Position numbers and translations under genes: made by a program
Notes under the pieces: model-generated
What the model was told of the DNA's origin: nothing
Seen by the model: the letters and a program-made list of their open reading frames with translations, nothing else
Databases searched by the model: none
NCBI RefSeq assembly: GCF_006345805.1
Contig: NC_043009.1
Coordinates: 30,938,001-31,002,000, forward strand
DNA length: 64,000 nt
Direction: 5' to 3'
Source: Octopus sinensis
Lineage: Eukaryota
Part shown: piece by piece, positions 61,583-64,000 of the stretch
Layout: each line of letters opens with the position of its first letter
Position numbering within the stretch: the first letter of the stretch is position 1

Positions 61583-62255
61583 ATATTTTAAACAAAACAA
61601 AAACAAATTCAAAATTGAATTCTGAACTTCCCCAGTGTAATCTGTAAAACTGCATCAGCTGTCATCAACCTAGGAATCACAGGATCATGAGCTTCTCTTT
61701 AAGCAAATACACAATTACTAATTATTTGAAACTGTTGCTCCACCACATGACTGATTCTATCAATCCATCACCTTGATGTTGCATTGATCTCACAGTAGTC
61801 TCACTTTGACTGTCTACAAAGTCAGCCAATCTACTGCCCTGGCATAGAACCATTTCATTCAAACCACTGCCATGATACTTTTCTTAATTCTGAAAATCCA
61901 TCTCTTTGAGAACTTACCAAATTTGCCAATTTGTCATCGTGATGGTCAACTGATTCTCCACTAATCTACCAGCATAAAATGGGATAAAGTCTTAACAAGA
62001 TATAAAGCTGCAATGAGTGTGGCAGTTGATAACCGATTGAAGATATTGGAGACTTTACTTTTCTAACTTTTTTATGAGTCCAGAGATTAATAAGGATAAT
62101 TTTATATTTTCCTAGCTCAAATTCAATTAAACGAGTAACTAATATTGATTCAATTGGTTATAACACTCTCCCCCCTTATAATTGACTTTGAATCCAATTA
62201 AAAGAACATCCTGGTTTTAGAATATGTATAGCTTATCTCCTATTTGTTATTAGAG

Positions 62256-62517
62256 ACAATTATTATTTACATTATTTACATTTGACGGTTATTTGTCCTC
62301 ATCTTGTTTGTTGTTAACACAATATTTCGGCTGTTATACCCTCCAACCTTCATCGGGTGTCTTGGGGAAATTTCGAATCTGGGTTCTCGTTCCTAAGGTA
62401 TTTTTTGATGTTATTATTATCATTATTCAGGACACTGCCTGGAATCGAATTTGGAATCTTGGGGTTAGTAGCCTGTGTTCTTATCACCAAGATTCCAAGT
62501 TTGATTCCAAGCAGTGA

Positions 62518-62585
<68 letters not shown>

Positions 62586-62758
62586 TTGAAAAATACTTCA
62601 GGAATGAGAACCTAGGTTCGAAATTTCCCCAAGACTCCTGATGAAGGCTGCTGCTGAAACATTGTGTTAACAACAAACAAGATGAGGACAAATATCTAGC
62701 AAATGTAAATAATGTACATAATTCCTCATCTCTTAAATATAGAACTGTACAATTATTA
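62256..62758. mobile_element. Inverted dimer of the tRNA-like/(AAT)n/hammerhead composite repeat with candidate 10-bp TSD
   Basis: Left arm (minus, about 62266-62480) and right arm (plus, about 62485-62748) both match 20399-20650. ACAATTATTA occurs at 62256-62265 and 62749-62758. Confidence 0.8.
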
Positions 62759-63340
62759 GAGTTGGTGACATGAAGGGCATCAAACTGTGAAACACTATCA
62801 ACGGAAAACGGTTAAGTGTGATCCTCGTGAACCTTGCAAGACTAAATCCATGTTTTAACAGAAAACTGGGTTTAAAAATGTTTTTTTTTTGCTGCTTTTT
62901 TGTTGTTGTATTAGAAAATTAATGTTAAGGTTACTGTAGAAATTAGAATGCTAGTTAAAGTGTTTATGAATTAAATATTATTTGGTCGACAAAAGTCTTC
63001 TGAATTAGGAAAATGTAACAATGTTTACACACTTTCTTACAAAACAAAAGATATACATCCACATCTTTCTACATGCATATAATGATGATATGTGTGTGTA
63101 TGTGTGTATACATTTGTATGCATATATATATATATATATATACATACATATATATATACTTGCATATATAGATGGCCAGATAACCGAAGAGCTGGTGTTG
63201 TGAATTTCCACTTCGGCATCTGAAACTCAGAGTTTTATCTTAACTATTGAGTAAATGTAACATATTATTTTATAGATAAATTTCCTCTATTTACATAATA
63301 TTGAGGTCTCTTTCTTTCTTTTGTTATCTTACCGTTTTTG

Positions 63341-63372
<32 letters not shown>

Positions 63373-63379
<7 letters not shown>

Positions 63380-63586
63380 GAATAAATAAATGTTTAACGC
63401 AGGTGTAAATCAAATACTTTTACTTTCGACACATGTTTCGAAAATTCACTATTTTTCACTTTCCTGAAGTGCATTGTTTATACCATTTATTCTTTTGAAT
63501 AGTATCAGTGGAAGTTTCGAAATATGTGTCGAAAGTAAAAATATTTGATTACACCTGCGTTAAACTCCATTTATTTATTCATATAT
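63373..63586. mobile_element. MITE-like palindrome with ~70-bp arms
   Basis: GAATAAATAAATGTTTAACGCAGGTGTAAATCAAATACTTTTACTTTCGACACATGTTTCGAAA pairs with 63515-63586; ~70-bp spacer; embedded in TA-rich DNA. Confidence 0.75.
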
Positions 63587-64000
63587 TATTCAAAATATTC
63601 CATGTAAACGCAAAGTTTCTACCTTTATAAACAAGGAGTTACAACATCTTTACTTGTAAGATTTTTGCTACACTGGTAACTATTTATTTATTTTTTCCGT
63701 GTTAATTGTTAACAAGGTGAAAACACACTTATCTATCTATCTATCTATCTATATATATATATATATATATACATACACACATGAATGATAATGCACACAC
63801 ACACACACATATATATGTAATTATATACATATATTAAATTTTTTTTTAAAATATATCTTGTAAGATTATTTAAAAAGCAAGGAAATCCCTGATGTAGTTA
63901 ATTATGACTTATAAATTCAGGTTGCAAATTCACCAAGTTTGAATTTTTGAGCAACTAAATACAGAACAAATGAATAAATAAATAAATAAAAATATGAAAG

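Noticed and set aside
63180-63235. CCGAAGA-stem-GAAACTC hammerhead-like string; similar weak case at 29420-29490 (minus)
   Set aside because: Core mutated and no credible cleavage triplet or stem I.

Overview
AT-rich eukaryotic DNA dominated by microsatellites, SINEs and decayed transposons. The repeat families look like those of coleoid cephalopods (Octopus-like); this host call is inference from recalled family resemblance, not a database hit. Nearly all ORFs in the supplied track are microsatellite artefacts. No intact protein-coding gene, rRNA, functional tRNA or CRISPR array is supported. The main features are: (1) two tandem R4/Dong-type RLE LINE copies, each bounded by (TAA)n (10.2-13.9 kb, minus), next to a Helentron-type non-autonomous element; (2) a decayed gag-like ORF1 with a zinc knuckle and no visible ORF2 (21.8-23.6 kb); (3) Penelope-like element (PLE) relics (RT at 44-45 kb, GIY-YIG C-terminus at 20.7-20.9 kb); (4) a dead mariner transposase (52.8-53.8 kb); (5) RTE, CR1-like and other RLE fragments; (6) dozens of tRNA-derived SINEs. 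The most interesting signal is a set of minimal hammerhead-ribozyme-like motifs with palindromic stem III in three unrelated repeat families. One is a composite unit of tRNA-like Pol III head, (AAT)n and hammerhead, present three times, once as an inverted dimer with a candidate 10-bp TSD. Another sits in the loop of a long hairpin element. Scattered plus-strand exon-like segments, some open and some interrupted, may belong to an unidentified and possibly decayed host gene. All of this was read by eye; nothing was computed or searched.
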